This document shows, one piece after another, positions 37,001 through 45,121 of a DNA stretch of 64,000 nt. Under the pieces are notes generated by a model. It saw only the letters and a program-made list of their open reading frames with translations, was not told the origin of the DNA and ran no database searches. Position 1 is the first letter of the stretch. Every line of letters starts with the position of its first letter. The stretch comes from a virus: the IMG/VR virus record IMGVR_UViG_3300050343_000212. One strand, written 5' to 3'. Position numbers and translations under genes: made by a program.

Positions 37001-39946
37001 CTCTTCAGAATCATTAAAAGGAGCAACGGATGGGGTGTTTCCAGAATCAATAATGGTCAGATAGTAAATACCATCTTGTTCTCCGGTCTTATACTCTTTG
37101 ATCTGTTCAACATCATAAACGTAGAATGTCTTATCACTTCGTTTAGTTTTGAATGTCGGAAGATCGGTTGTTCTTGCAGATGTATTATTTGTGAATGTTC
37201 CGGGATCAATTGATTGAGAAACAAGGAATGTGTGAGAACTGGAAATACCAATAACAACCTTAGAACCATTATATGCTGAACCTGCAACACCAGTTGGATT
37301 TTCTGTACTGGTCACATTATTAATGACAAGTTTAGAACCAGTTACAAGGTTGTGTGGTTGTTCTGAGGTATAGTAGGCTGTTCCATTATTCCAGTTAGCG
37401 TCGCGAAGGAAACTTAAGTTTCTCATCTGAGACTGGTTGGACATAGTGACCGAACCAGGATTATATTTAAGTGCAATTTCACTATTATCAACACCAGTTA
37501 CGTCGTTAGACATCTGGATAACATAACCGTCTCTAGGTGGTCTAGCAGATTGAATACCTACACCTGATGGAATGACATATCTGTACCTATAGATCCTATC
37601 GGCAAGTGCTCTATTATCTGGGAGTCTGTTAATGAATGTTCTTGAAGTGGCTTCACCAAGAACTGATGTTCCTAGTGTTACAATCTTACTGTATAGTTGA
37701 TTGTCAGTAGAAGAACTAGATACATTTACATACCACTGATCCTCGTTGGTATCATACTGAATTGGGTGTCCAATATCACCAGATACTTTGTCATTGACTC
37801 TAGATTCGACGATCAGATTACCACCAAGATTGTTGATATCAACAGATGTTCCAGTGGAGGCATCATTAGAACTTACAGCAAGTTTAACTTGATCATCGTT
37901 GAGTCCTGTGGTAATAGCATAATAAACTCTATTATTATTAATACCATCTGGGAGTCTAGCATTATCACTAGAAATTCTGATTGTCTCACCATCCATAAAC
38001 CTATGGTCTGATGTGAGATTCAGAGTGTTGTTACTAATACTATTAGATGAACCAACTCTAGCAACATCGAATACTTTTCTAGAAGATTCCTTCTTAGTTG
38101 TGGTGTCATCAGGCATCACAATACGAGCCTGATAGTTGATTGATTCACCACCTTCAGTAATCAGGAGATTGAGTTTATCATCAACCTTGGAACCAATTCT
38201 ATATCCCTGGATGACACTCTTTGGTGGTGCAGACTGGTTTTTCTCGTTGTGGAGATACAATCTACCAGTAGAACCAACACCAACAGTCTTGGTTACATCA
38301 ATAGAACCATACTCAAGGTTGATTGTGGTCGTTGGTAGTTGTTTTGGTGGAATAATATTGGTGATGTACCCAACGTCATCTCTTCCAAAAGCAATATCAC
38401 GATACCCTTTCGATGCAAGAGCAATTGCACCAAAGTTAGAGTTGGAGTTGGTAACAGAGAAATCACCACCACTATCAGTTACAAAGTGTTGAGCATATCC
38501 AATAGCAAAAATGGATACTAACTGAACAACAGAGTTATTTGACGCCTTAATATGGTAGTTGTAATATTCTGGTCTATATTTCGCATTAGGATCACTATGA
38601 ATATTATCTACTGTACTTGCAAACTTAAATGAACCAGTTGATTTGTCAAACTTACAGAATGCATTATCATCCTTCTGAAGTGACACACCCGTAAACTGAG
38701 CAACAACCATGGATTTAAATCCACTAGCCTTTGCACCATCAGCGTGCATACCACATATACCATAAACAGATCTCAATGAGATATTGAAAATGTATGGAGA
38801 TGCAGAAGAAACGGTGTCAATATCCAGATTGACTAATGCACCAGCGACAACAGGTGCAACAGAGTTAGGAATTACAGAGTTAAGATACTTGAATGATGTA
38901 GTACCTTCTGTAGTTGATGTCAGAACCTCATTTACAACAAATGAACCATTATAATCAACGTCACTTACACCATTAATTTGGAAGGCTGTATCTACATCGA
39001 GACCGAAAAGTGGTTCGGAGAGAGTGACAGTGATGATCTCATTCTTACCAAGAATCGTTCCATCACCAGCTTGAATTGCACTAATTTCTGTGCCACCACC
39101 AGTTGGTCCAACAATACGATATTCATCAATTTTAGGTTGAATATCAAGACCAGAAGATGGATAATCTGGTTGAATCTCTCTACCAGAAGATGTACCATAG
39201 GCTAAACCGACCTTTTCGTAGTACATATCAAGGTCAGTTCTTTCTGACTTGAAATTACTAATAAAAGTATCGTCAATTTCTACATTATTAACGCCATCAG
39301 CGTACTCAAAACAGGTTAGTTTGTGGTGTGAGAAGTTTGGAACAATATCTCCACTGGTGTAGTTCCTATAGACAGTCCCGTTTGGATTACCGTCAAAGAT
39401 AGTAAACTGGAAGAAGTAGCAACCACCAGTAATCTTAAAAATAGCCGTTGTTTCAATATTGTCGTTTTCTGGATCTGGAACATAAAGTGGTCTGATTGTC
39501 GTTTTTCTCAGATCCTGTCCAACGAGAGAAACACCACGGGGGACTATGACACCACCAGAGACCGAATTTAACTTATACAGGTCATTCTTAGATGATGTAA
39601 GGTCAAAATTTGATGCAGTATTGAAAGAAGTGAAATCAGAAGACTGAGTTCCGTCTCGAAGCCTATAATCAGACGCATTTAGTGGAATCCAACCCGGTCT
39701 ATTGTCAACAATATGTTCTCCTGGTGAGAGAAGAATTGTTGTTTTACCAAATCTGTCATTATCAAGACCCTGTTGATATGAAAACCTAGCCGCCTCAACG
39801 AGTGCCCTTTGAATAGTAATAAAGGGGCGACCCATTGAATTGCCCTGATTTGTTATACTATCAGTAGCATCTAGGTCATTGGGGTTAACATAAATGATGT
39901 TTCCGCGAACGTTCTTAAGGAAGTTATCAAGTCTCGATAATGGCAT
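34094..39946 (-). CDS. giant virion structural/proximal fibre protein (1950 aa)
   Basis: MPLSRLDNFLKN...YVNPNDLDATD typical of cyanophage giant fibre proteins; repeated H(G/N)L..G..I.I modules; VGIGT repeats. Confidence 0.85.
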   Translation of the reverse strand: MPLSRLDNFLKNVRGNIIYVNPNDLDATDSITNQGNSMGRPFITIQRALVEAARFSYQQGLDNDRFGKTTILLSPGEHIVDNRPGWIPLNASDYRLRDGTQSSDFTSFNTASNFDLTSSKNDLYKLNSVSGGVIVPRGVSLVGQDLRKTTIRPLYVPDPENDNIETTAIFKITGGCYFFQFTIFDGNPNGTVYRNYTSGDIVPNFSHHKLTCFEYADGVNNVEIDDTFISNFKSERTDLDMYYEKVGLAYGTSSGREIQPDYPSSGLDIQPKIDEYRIVGPTGGGTEISAIQAGDGTILGKNEIITVTLSEPLFGLDVDTAFQINGVSDVDYNGSFVVNEVLTSTTEGTTSFKYLNSVIPNSVAPVVAGALVNLDIDTVSSASPYIFNISLRSVYGICGMHADGAKASGFKSMVVAQFTGVSLQKDDNAFCKFDKSTGSFKFASTVDNIHSDPNAKYRPEYYNYHIKASNNSVVQLVSIFAIGYAQHFVTDSGGDFSVTNSNSNFGAIALASKGYRDIAFGRDDVGYITNIIPPKQLPTTTINLEYGSIDVTKTVGVGSTGRLYLHNEKNQSAPPKSVIQGYRIGSKVDDKLNLLITEGGESINYQARIVMPDDTTTKKESSRKVFDVARVGSSNSISNNTLNLTSDHRFMDGETIRISSDNARLPDGINNNRVYYAITTGLNDDQVKLAVSSNDASTGTSVDINNLGGNLIVESRVNDKVSGDIGHPIQYDTNEDQWYVNVSSSSTDNQLYSKIVTLGTSVLGEATSRTFINRLPDNRALADRIYRYRYVIPSGVGIQSARPPRDGYVIQMSNDVTGVDNSEIALKYNPGSVTMSNQSQMRNLSFLRDANWNNGTAYYTSEQPHNLVTGSKLVINNVTSTENPTGVAGSAYNGSKVVIGISSSHTFLVSQSIDPGTFTNNTSARTTDLPTFKTKRSDKTFYVYDVEQIKEYKTGEQDGIYYLTIIDSGNTPSVAPFNDSEEFSFSSPIVNLYPQLDRDNPVSDAPSAQTYALSNILGSVEVNDPKNSITKVGVERVEKSYHLAQNVTSIVSTSETDHEITLDREHGYNSIARVSISIPGTGYGNGTGAGENIYNAILSSNTLPGKEATSRITVDNNGSIADVKIISGGSNYNVGDVLNVTGTATTTGFSGGQVTVSAIQNNVGDTLRICGINSAFSTYNGFYSISGISTANKVSLTSANLIVGYSTTPIGGDVTVNSCSRVTGPRLDIDSIDYDPIVGIASVTTIQNHGLVSDNVIRIGGSTNNFFNRNFTITQVTNLNKFNIDIGISTSSQVASGTLAGYYVGTSPQGGTFTLYDENFGGRTSNSYAGISTVLSSPIINTSIDEIEIENLNNFNFNIGDYVRINNEIMRVKTTVNSNPIKVFRGILGTRTSTHVQGSVIRKIHIQPVELRRTSIIRASGHTFEYLGYGPGNYSTSLPQRQAAQPGLTEQLLSQSFRSNGGVSVYTGMNDQGDFYIGNKRISSNTGKEEVFDTPVPTITGEDIFTIGAESGVDVINPLDATISRGLKVEGGTQNNILSEFNGPVVFTEKITSTSDEGIEVNSMFLQGDTVVSRKYTVGLGTPVLAGNPGDVVYNANPSKGGTIGWNYSIESGWYPFGAISINPNGSEMLFDKIGVGTEDILPNQTFQVGSGSSLFTIDGDGGVGLGTTANGLKLNIEGDVRIGTGFTIYGDGSGITNQDSIWQKGGGNAFVYIKDDVNIKLGLGVSTGDIYGQVHSAGTAQTSLYVGNESRFDGISRFDSGVIVGGALTATGPFDLDNTSGTITAGVVTSTTIQSGAGSTILSVTSTGVGIGTTVARSALDVDGRARFNSYHEIAQTVTSSANDVELDLSIGQSFLLTTSENVTSFTLKGAALNSTTAFTLKITQDATTPYTVDIDNFRTESSSVIPVYWPGGITPIVTTVAGRVDIYSFMTFDGGTSLYGVVGGQNFS

Positions 39947-39967
39947 CTTCTTCGCACACTATATCTA

Positions 39968-40150
39968 TTATGACTTATTTATCAGCTCTCCTGCCTCGTT
40001 ATATGTTGGTGGGTGAAACTCACAGTATTCATTGAATGTTATCTTCATCTCCTTGCAAGTTAGATTGCAATTTTTCGCCGCTTTTGGTAAGTTCCATTTC
40101 GCTTCGAATAACATTTCCATAGATTGTCGCGTTTCTGGTCTCATACTCAT
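39968..40150 (-). CDS. conserved cyanophage hypothetical protein
   Basis: MRPETRQSMEMLFEAKWNLPKAA.NCNLT.KEMKITFNEYC. Confidence 0.7.
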   Translation of the reverse strand: MSMRPETRQSMEMLFEAKWNLPKAAKNCNLTCKEMKITFNEYCEFHPPTYNEAGELINKS

Positions 40151-40276
40151 AACACTTGACTATTTCTTGATACAGAGAAGGGAAATATTGATTCATAAAA
40201 AGTAAAAAAGGGTAAAAATACCCCAGATTTTTTATTGGACCTTTTTACAAAGGAAAGATAAAATAATATACAGGGT

Positions 40277-40510
40277 TCAACCAGCAATAACTGGGTCAGA
40301 ATACACAATCATATCCTCCTCACATATAGCTCGGACAACCTCTAGGATGTCCATAAACTGTTGAGGGGAATTGGCATCGACAACCTTAGTTTCACCCTCA
40401 TTAGAGTACATGTAGAATCGACGAGCACAAGTATCAATCACAACGCGAGTGAGATATTCATCTTCCTCACTATCAACAGTATAGTCGTCACGATCGTACT
40501 TGGAAGTCAT
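40277..40510 (-). CDS. conserved cyanophage hypothetical protein
   Basis: DEYLTRVVID..ARRFYMYSNEGE; own sigma70 promoter. Confidence 0.75.
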   Translation of the reverse strand: MTSKYDRDDYTVDSEEDEYLTRVVIDTCARRFYMYSNEGETKVVDANSPQQFMDILEVVRAICEEDMIVYSDPVIAG

Positions 40511-40533
40511 GGGAGTTTGTCTTGTACTCTCTT

Positions 40534-40562
40534 ACTATAGATCAGACTGAGGTCCGAGTCAA
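40534..40562 (-). promoter_or_regulatory. sigma70 promoter, with palindrome GTGACA-GTT-TGTCAC at 40571-40585
   Basis: TTGACT-N17-TATAGT. Confidence 0.8.
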
Positions 40563-40581
40563 GAAGGCTTGTGACAGTTTG

Positions 40582-42144
40582 TCACTCGTCATCCGGGTCA
40601 GCGTTTATGATATCCTTGTAAGGAGAGTTTTTCATAAGGTCTTCGAAACTAAAATAATTGAGTCGTCTAGCATTTGATGTTCCAATCTGTGCTCTGTATG
40701 CCCAAATTCTCAAATTAAACTCCTCATTGACTTTGGTTTTGATTTGATTTGAAACTTCAGCCATTCCATCCCGAGCAGGATTAGAAGCAAGATTAGATTC
40801 AGCTGTATCTCTAGCCGAAATTGCTTCATTTAATTCAGTGTCATCACATGCTGCTGAAAGGGGGGAATATAAAGTAGCTAAGGTGACAAATGTATCATCA
40901 ATTATTACAGTTGAACCCTCTACCGCGTCAGCACCACCTGGCCAGGTGACTGGTTTATTTGGAAATCCAACTCTATAATAGATTTTACTAGCTCCAATAG
41001 GTGGTTCACTAATTTTCGTATCAAAGTCTTCAGGATCTTCAGTTTCTGGATCAAAGAGTCCATCCAGAAATTTATTCCATGATCTTGTACCACTAGCAAT
41101 TCCAGTATTAGTGTAATAAACTGACACACCAGCACCAGCTCTATTGTATGACATGATCTCAATTGTTTGATCAACATATGGACTATCCTCAATAGAAACA
41201 GCCATTGAATCACTAATGGTAGATGGATCCTGTGAGAACAAGATATCCATGAATTCCCCTGCATCCGACGTAGCTGTGGACAATGGTGCATCAAATCCTA
41301 GAATAGGAAGTTGATCGACAGTAATATAAGGAACAGTATGTAGTCTTGATGTAGCGATACCAGTGAATGAATATGAACTTAGATCAACAGCTGTTGTTCC
41401 AACTCCCGTGACAGTCAAACTCTTAGTTGCAAAGTATCCTGATAGACTAGGTGTTGCTAATTGACCTACTTTAATCTCAATATTTGGATCAAGAATGGTC
41501 ATGAAGTTTGTACTGGCTTGGGTCCCAAGACTGATCGTACCCACACCTACACCACGAAATGTATCAAACACATCTCTTGCATATGGTTCATCATACAGTT
41601 TATAACCATGAAGATTATCTGGTTCATAAAAAGTGTCAAAGAAAGAACCAACACCATTCAGTAAGTCACCCTCTACTGGTAAATCTATACTATTAAAAGT
41701 AGTACCATCAAAGTATGTGACGGAATTTGTAGAAATTCCTACGGAAGAACCAGCACCTGCTGTTGTGGAAGTCAACCCAGCTGCACCACCTGTCTTTTCA
41801 TATACTGAAGAAAGTTTAGTACAAGTAAATGTATATTGAATTGTATGACCATCAGGTGTTCCAGTAGCAGTACTAGTAATACCAGTCAATCTCCAAAACA
41901 AATCACTCCTACAGTTCTGAACATCAACTCTCTGATCATATGCATCTCTAGTAGCATAAAGGGTATCATTGACCGGAGTTATAAGATTATGAAGTGCTCT
42001 ATCTAAGTTTTTTGTTGCATTAGTATATGGTATCTTAGCCGTATCAAGAACGGATATCTGTCTCTTAGCTTCATCTTGTACAATCATTGTATCTCCCGTG
42101 ACAGTCGAGAGAGTATCTAACATTGCATCGCTATTTTCTGCCAT
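40582..42144 (-). CDS. hypothetical structural protein (520 aa)
   Basis: Long ORF in baseplate cluster; late promoter at 42160. Confidence 0.7.
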   Translation of the reverse strand: MAENSDAMLDTLSTVTGDTMIVQDEAKRQISVLDTAKIPYTNATKNLDRALHNLITPVNDTLYATRDAYDQRVDVQNCRSDLFWRLTGITSTATGTPDGHTIQYTFTCTKLSSVYEKTGGAAGLTSTTAGAGSSVGISTNSVTYFDGTTFNSIDLPVEGDLLNGVGSFFDTFYEPDNLHGYKLYDEPYARDVFDTFRGVGVGTISLGTQASTNFMTILDPNIEIKVGQLATPSLSGYFATKSLTVTGVGTTAVDLSSYSFTGIATSRLHTVPYITVDQLPILGFDAPLSTATSDAGEFMDILFSQDPSTISDSMAVSIEDSPYVDQTIEIMSYNRAGAGVSVYYTNTGIASGTRSWNKFLDGLFDPETEDPEDFDTKISEPPIGASKIYYRVGFPNKPVTWPGGADAVEGSTVIIDDTFVTLATLYSPLSAACDDTELNEAISARDTAESNLASNPARDGMAEVSNQIKTKVNEEFNLRIWAYRAQIGTSNARRLNYFSFEDLMKNSPYKDIINADPDDE

Positions 42145-42158
42145 AATATGTTTTTTAG

Positions 42159-42536
42159 TTATTTATTGTGTCTTTTTGGGGTTAATGTACCAATATTCCA
42201 TAATCCTAAAGTTACCCATTCATGATCATATGTCATGGCAACTATTCCATTTTTATATTCTAATCTACTCACAACATAGAACAAGGACTCATAGAATCCC
42301 TCTCTCTGTAATTTAGCCATTCTATGGACTCCATCCTCAATCATATATCCGTTTGGATACTCAATTAAAATACCTGGATATGTGATATCAGCCCCGTCAA
42401 TATGATCTGGATGGGGTGGTGGATAACATATTTCAGAGTGTTTGATGAGTTTGGGTAACCTATGATCACGAACGATTTTAATGCCATTTTTATAATTATG
42501 TCTCATATCTCCAACCACTGTGAGGGATGAGTACAA
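42159..42536 (-). CDS. ParB/Srx-like domain protein
   Basis: PGILI....YMIEDGVHRMAKL (DGxHR). Confidence 0.6.
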   Translation of the reverse strand: MYSSLTVVGDMRHNYKNGIKIVRDHRLPKLIKHSEICYPPPHPDHIDGADITYPGILIEYPNGYMIEDGVHRMAKLQREGFYESLFYVVSRLEYKNGIVAMTYDHEWVTLGLWNIGTLTPKRHNK

Positions 42537-43186
42537 CCCTGATGATATCTATAGTATTTTGGTTTCAGAGTAATTCTTACATCACCAGCAATAGCTACTC
42601 TCTCATTCACTCTAGGTTGTTTCTTAATAGTGTGATGATAAGTTTCAGATGGCATAACAATACAACTACCTTCCCTTGGGGTAATAGTATAATTGTTACA
42701 ATTGTATCTGTTAAACCCAGTCATTAGATTCAGTTCATCTGCAACATCAAAGAACCCCATACAAACCTGATTGGGATTGTTGTCTGAATTCTGATTCACT
42801 ACAAACTTATCAGAAGTTTCATCAGTGTTTAGATAATACACAAAACTGATGTTGGCTTCATTGTGTTTATGTGGTGCTAATGGTGGTGTAGTATCATCCT
42901 TATGGTACACCACCCATGACTTACAAATGTGGTAGTTAAGTTTATTATAATCAATCTTCAGAGTCTCAAGGTATTCATCAAATACCTTCCTCAAACCTAC
43001 ACTAAAAAACTCTCTATACTTCTCATTATGATGTAGAAAGATTCTCTCCGAACCTTCAGGAGATTCATACTTATACCCATTGAACCAATACTTCTTGATA
43101 TCTTCTAGATTCTCTTTAAATTTATTATGACAACTAACATCCCCCTGATAGATTACCAGAGGGAATACTTCATGAACTTTTCCCAT
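42503..43186 (-). CDS. 2OG-Fe(II) oxygenase (TIGR02466-like)
   Basis: KSWVV...PHKHNEANISFVYY...EGSCIVMPSETYH...RVAIAGD. Confidence 0.85.
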   Translation of the reverse strand: MGKVHEVFPLVIYQGDVSCHNKFKENLEDIKKYWFNGYKYESPEGSERIFLHHNEKYREFFSVGLRKVFDEYLETLKIDYNKLNYHICKSWVVYHKDDTTPPLAPHKHNEANISFVYYLNTDETSDKFVVNQNSDNNPNQVCMGFFDVADELNLMTGFNRYNCNNYTITPREGSCIVMPSETYHHTIKKQPRVNERVAIAGDVRITLKPKYYRYHQGCTHPSQWLEI

Positions 43187-43191
43187 TCATA

Positions 43192-44163
43192 TCACAATCT
43201 GTATTCATCATTATCACCCGGATAGTCAGATGTTGTCAAGCCTTTATACTCAGGAATGTTTTTCTCAGTGTCAATTCTTTCTGCGTAGATAGTGTAACTG
43301 CAGTTAATAGGACCACCGTCAGAGTTGATTACTTTAATTGTACTGCACCACTCAACTTCTTCGTAATACAATGGTTGAAATGAACCAATGGGTGTAAGAT
43401 TTACAGTGATACTTTCAGGGTCAACCAAACCTTTCCAATAATCAGGAAGATGAATAGTATTATTACCCTTTAACTTACCTCTTACATATACCTCAGCATC
43501 CGGTCCCTCAAGTGAAACATATCTCAGTCGATGTCCCTCTTTAGTAGGATGAAGAATATCAAATGGTTTCTTACTGACGGCGATGATATTCGTTTTATTC
43601 AGCGTGGCCTTGGGAGTAACATGATCAATCATCTTTGCAATAGTGGATCCTATTATGGGAGCCTGGTTGATAGCTAATGACAAGTTTGCATCAACACCAA
43701 TTTCTGTCTTCGCCCCAGCCTTCACTCGATTACCAATCTCAGTGCTGATAGCTTCGGTTTCAACAACAGTAGCAGCAGCTTCAACTTTGGCAATAGTTAT
43801 AAGACTGATAGCTGCAGCCTCAACTATGAAAGTTGATGCTCCACAGAACACAGTCACACCAACAGGTCCTGATGGGTCACCGATAACAACGTCTTGAGGT
43901 GTCTCAGTACCAGGAATTAGGTTTCTAATTCTGAATAAACCAGGAATGAGAGCTAAAGCATCAGCATTCGTACACCTACCAATCATCATGGTAGCTTCAG
44001 GTAGTGGGAACTTAGTATCGTCACCTACAATCATTGGTGCTTCAATATAAGCACCACCTCTCAGTTCTGCTTTAGATTTACCAAGTGCAGTAGGACCACC
44101 AGGAATTGTTGGGTCACCAACAATGAGTCTTTTATTTACAAATAGATCAGTTACCTTTGCCAT
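43192..44163 (-). CDS. gp5-associated spike-region protein
   Basis: C-domain FDILHPTKEGHRLRYVSLEGP.AEVYVRG...LPDYW..LVD..SITVNLTPIG. Confidence 0.65.
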   Translation of the reverse strand: MAKVTDLFVNKRLIVGDPTIPGGPTALGKSKAELRGGAYIEAPMIVGDDTKFPLPEATMMIGRCTNADALALIPGLFRIRNLIPGTETPQDVVIGDPSGPVGVTVFCGASTFIVEAAAISLITIAKVEAAATVVETEAISTEIGNRVKAGAKTEIGVDANLSLAINQAPIIGSTIAKMIDHVTPKATLNKTNIIAVSKKPFDILHPTKEGHRLRYVSLEGPDAEVYVRGKLKGNNTIHLPDYWKGLVDPESITVNLTPIGSFQPLYYEEVEWCSTIKVINSDGGPINCSYTIYAERIDTEKNIPEYKGLTTSDYPGDNDEYRL

Positions 44164-44426
44164 AGTAGTGTCTCCGCGAATATATGGTAGTAACAGTCGA
44201 TAGGTAAACCAACTTTAGCTTGTAAAGTTACCTTACCCCCCTGAACACCCTTTACAATTATATCTTGATGTGAGCCAATAGGAGTAATACAGACAGTAAT
44301 TGTCTCTACATTTACAACCCCATCCCACTCTTCAGGTAAGTTAATGTGTGTGTCGTGTCTTAGTCTACCCCTACAATAGACACCATTCTCTGGACCACTC
44401 AGAGAGGAATAATCGTTTAATTTCAT
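44151..44426 (-). CDS. stand-alone copy of the 43192 C-terminal domain
   Basis: LSGPENGVYCRG...LPEEW.GVV..ETITVCITPIG. Confidence 0.7.
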   Translation of the reverse strand: MKLNDYSSLSGPENGVYCRGRLRHDTHINLPEEWDGVVNVETITVCITPIGSHQDIIVKGVQGGKVTLQAKVGLPIDCYYHIFAETLLWQR

Positions 44427-45121
44427 TGAAATAATTTTTGAAATGCTGACATTTTACTTTCCAGATTTTGATCAAAACCAACAAGACCACTAACTGCATT
44501 GACTATACCAAAACTATCAAGAACTGTTACAGCTTTGACACCTGTCTTACCTGGTTTAGATGTTAAAGATGTTGCGTTACCATCAGCCATATCAATGATT
44601 CCACCGTAGATATTCATGGTTGTTTGTCCAATAACATCAACAACGTTGTCAGATTTAATTGTGACACTGGAGTTGCCCTGAATATCAACACCATCACCCC
44701 TTCCTTTTATGTTAATCTTCTCATTAGCTTCAATATCAATAAAACCTGTTCCACTAGGTCCACCCTGACCCTGAGCCCTTAATAAGATGTTTTGTGCATC
44801 TAGAATGATCTTACCATGAGGTGCTGAGATAAGTATATCTCCATTCTTCGCACTCATTAGGATAGTTTGATCTTCCTTGCCACAATTATCTCCGGCTCTC
44901 ACTTGGAAAGCACCTGGTGACCTACAGGTAGTACCACCAGCCCTATGTCTTTCCCCTGTACCATCTAGTGAAATATAGTGGTTATGGAAGAAACCACTTC
45001 TAATTAAAAAGGCGGAAATCTCATTATCACCAGTGACATGACCACATTTCATCTCACCATCAGAGTTTCCATATCTGATGGTGTATAGATTTTTCTTTTG
45101 TCCATTATCAGAATCAGACAT
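44423..45121 (-). CDS. gp5 C-terminal-like beta-helix spike protein
   Basis: Repeating (I/V)x(I/L)x(A/G/S) units, e.g. DILISAPHGKIILDAQNILLRA. Confidence 0.6.
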   Translation of the reverse strand: MSDSDNGQKKNLYTIRYGNSDGEMKCGHVTGDNEISAFLIRSGFFHNHYISLDGTGERHRAGGTTCRSPGAFQVRAGDNCGKEDQTILMSAKNGDILISAPHGKIILDAQNILLRAQGQGGPSGTGFIDIEANEKINIKGRGDGVDIQGNSSVTIKSDNVVDVIGQTTMNIYGGIIDMADGNATSLTSKPGKTGVKAVTVLDSFGIVNAVSGLVGFDQNLESKMSAFQKLFQ

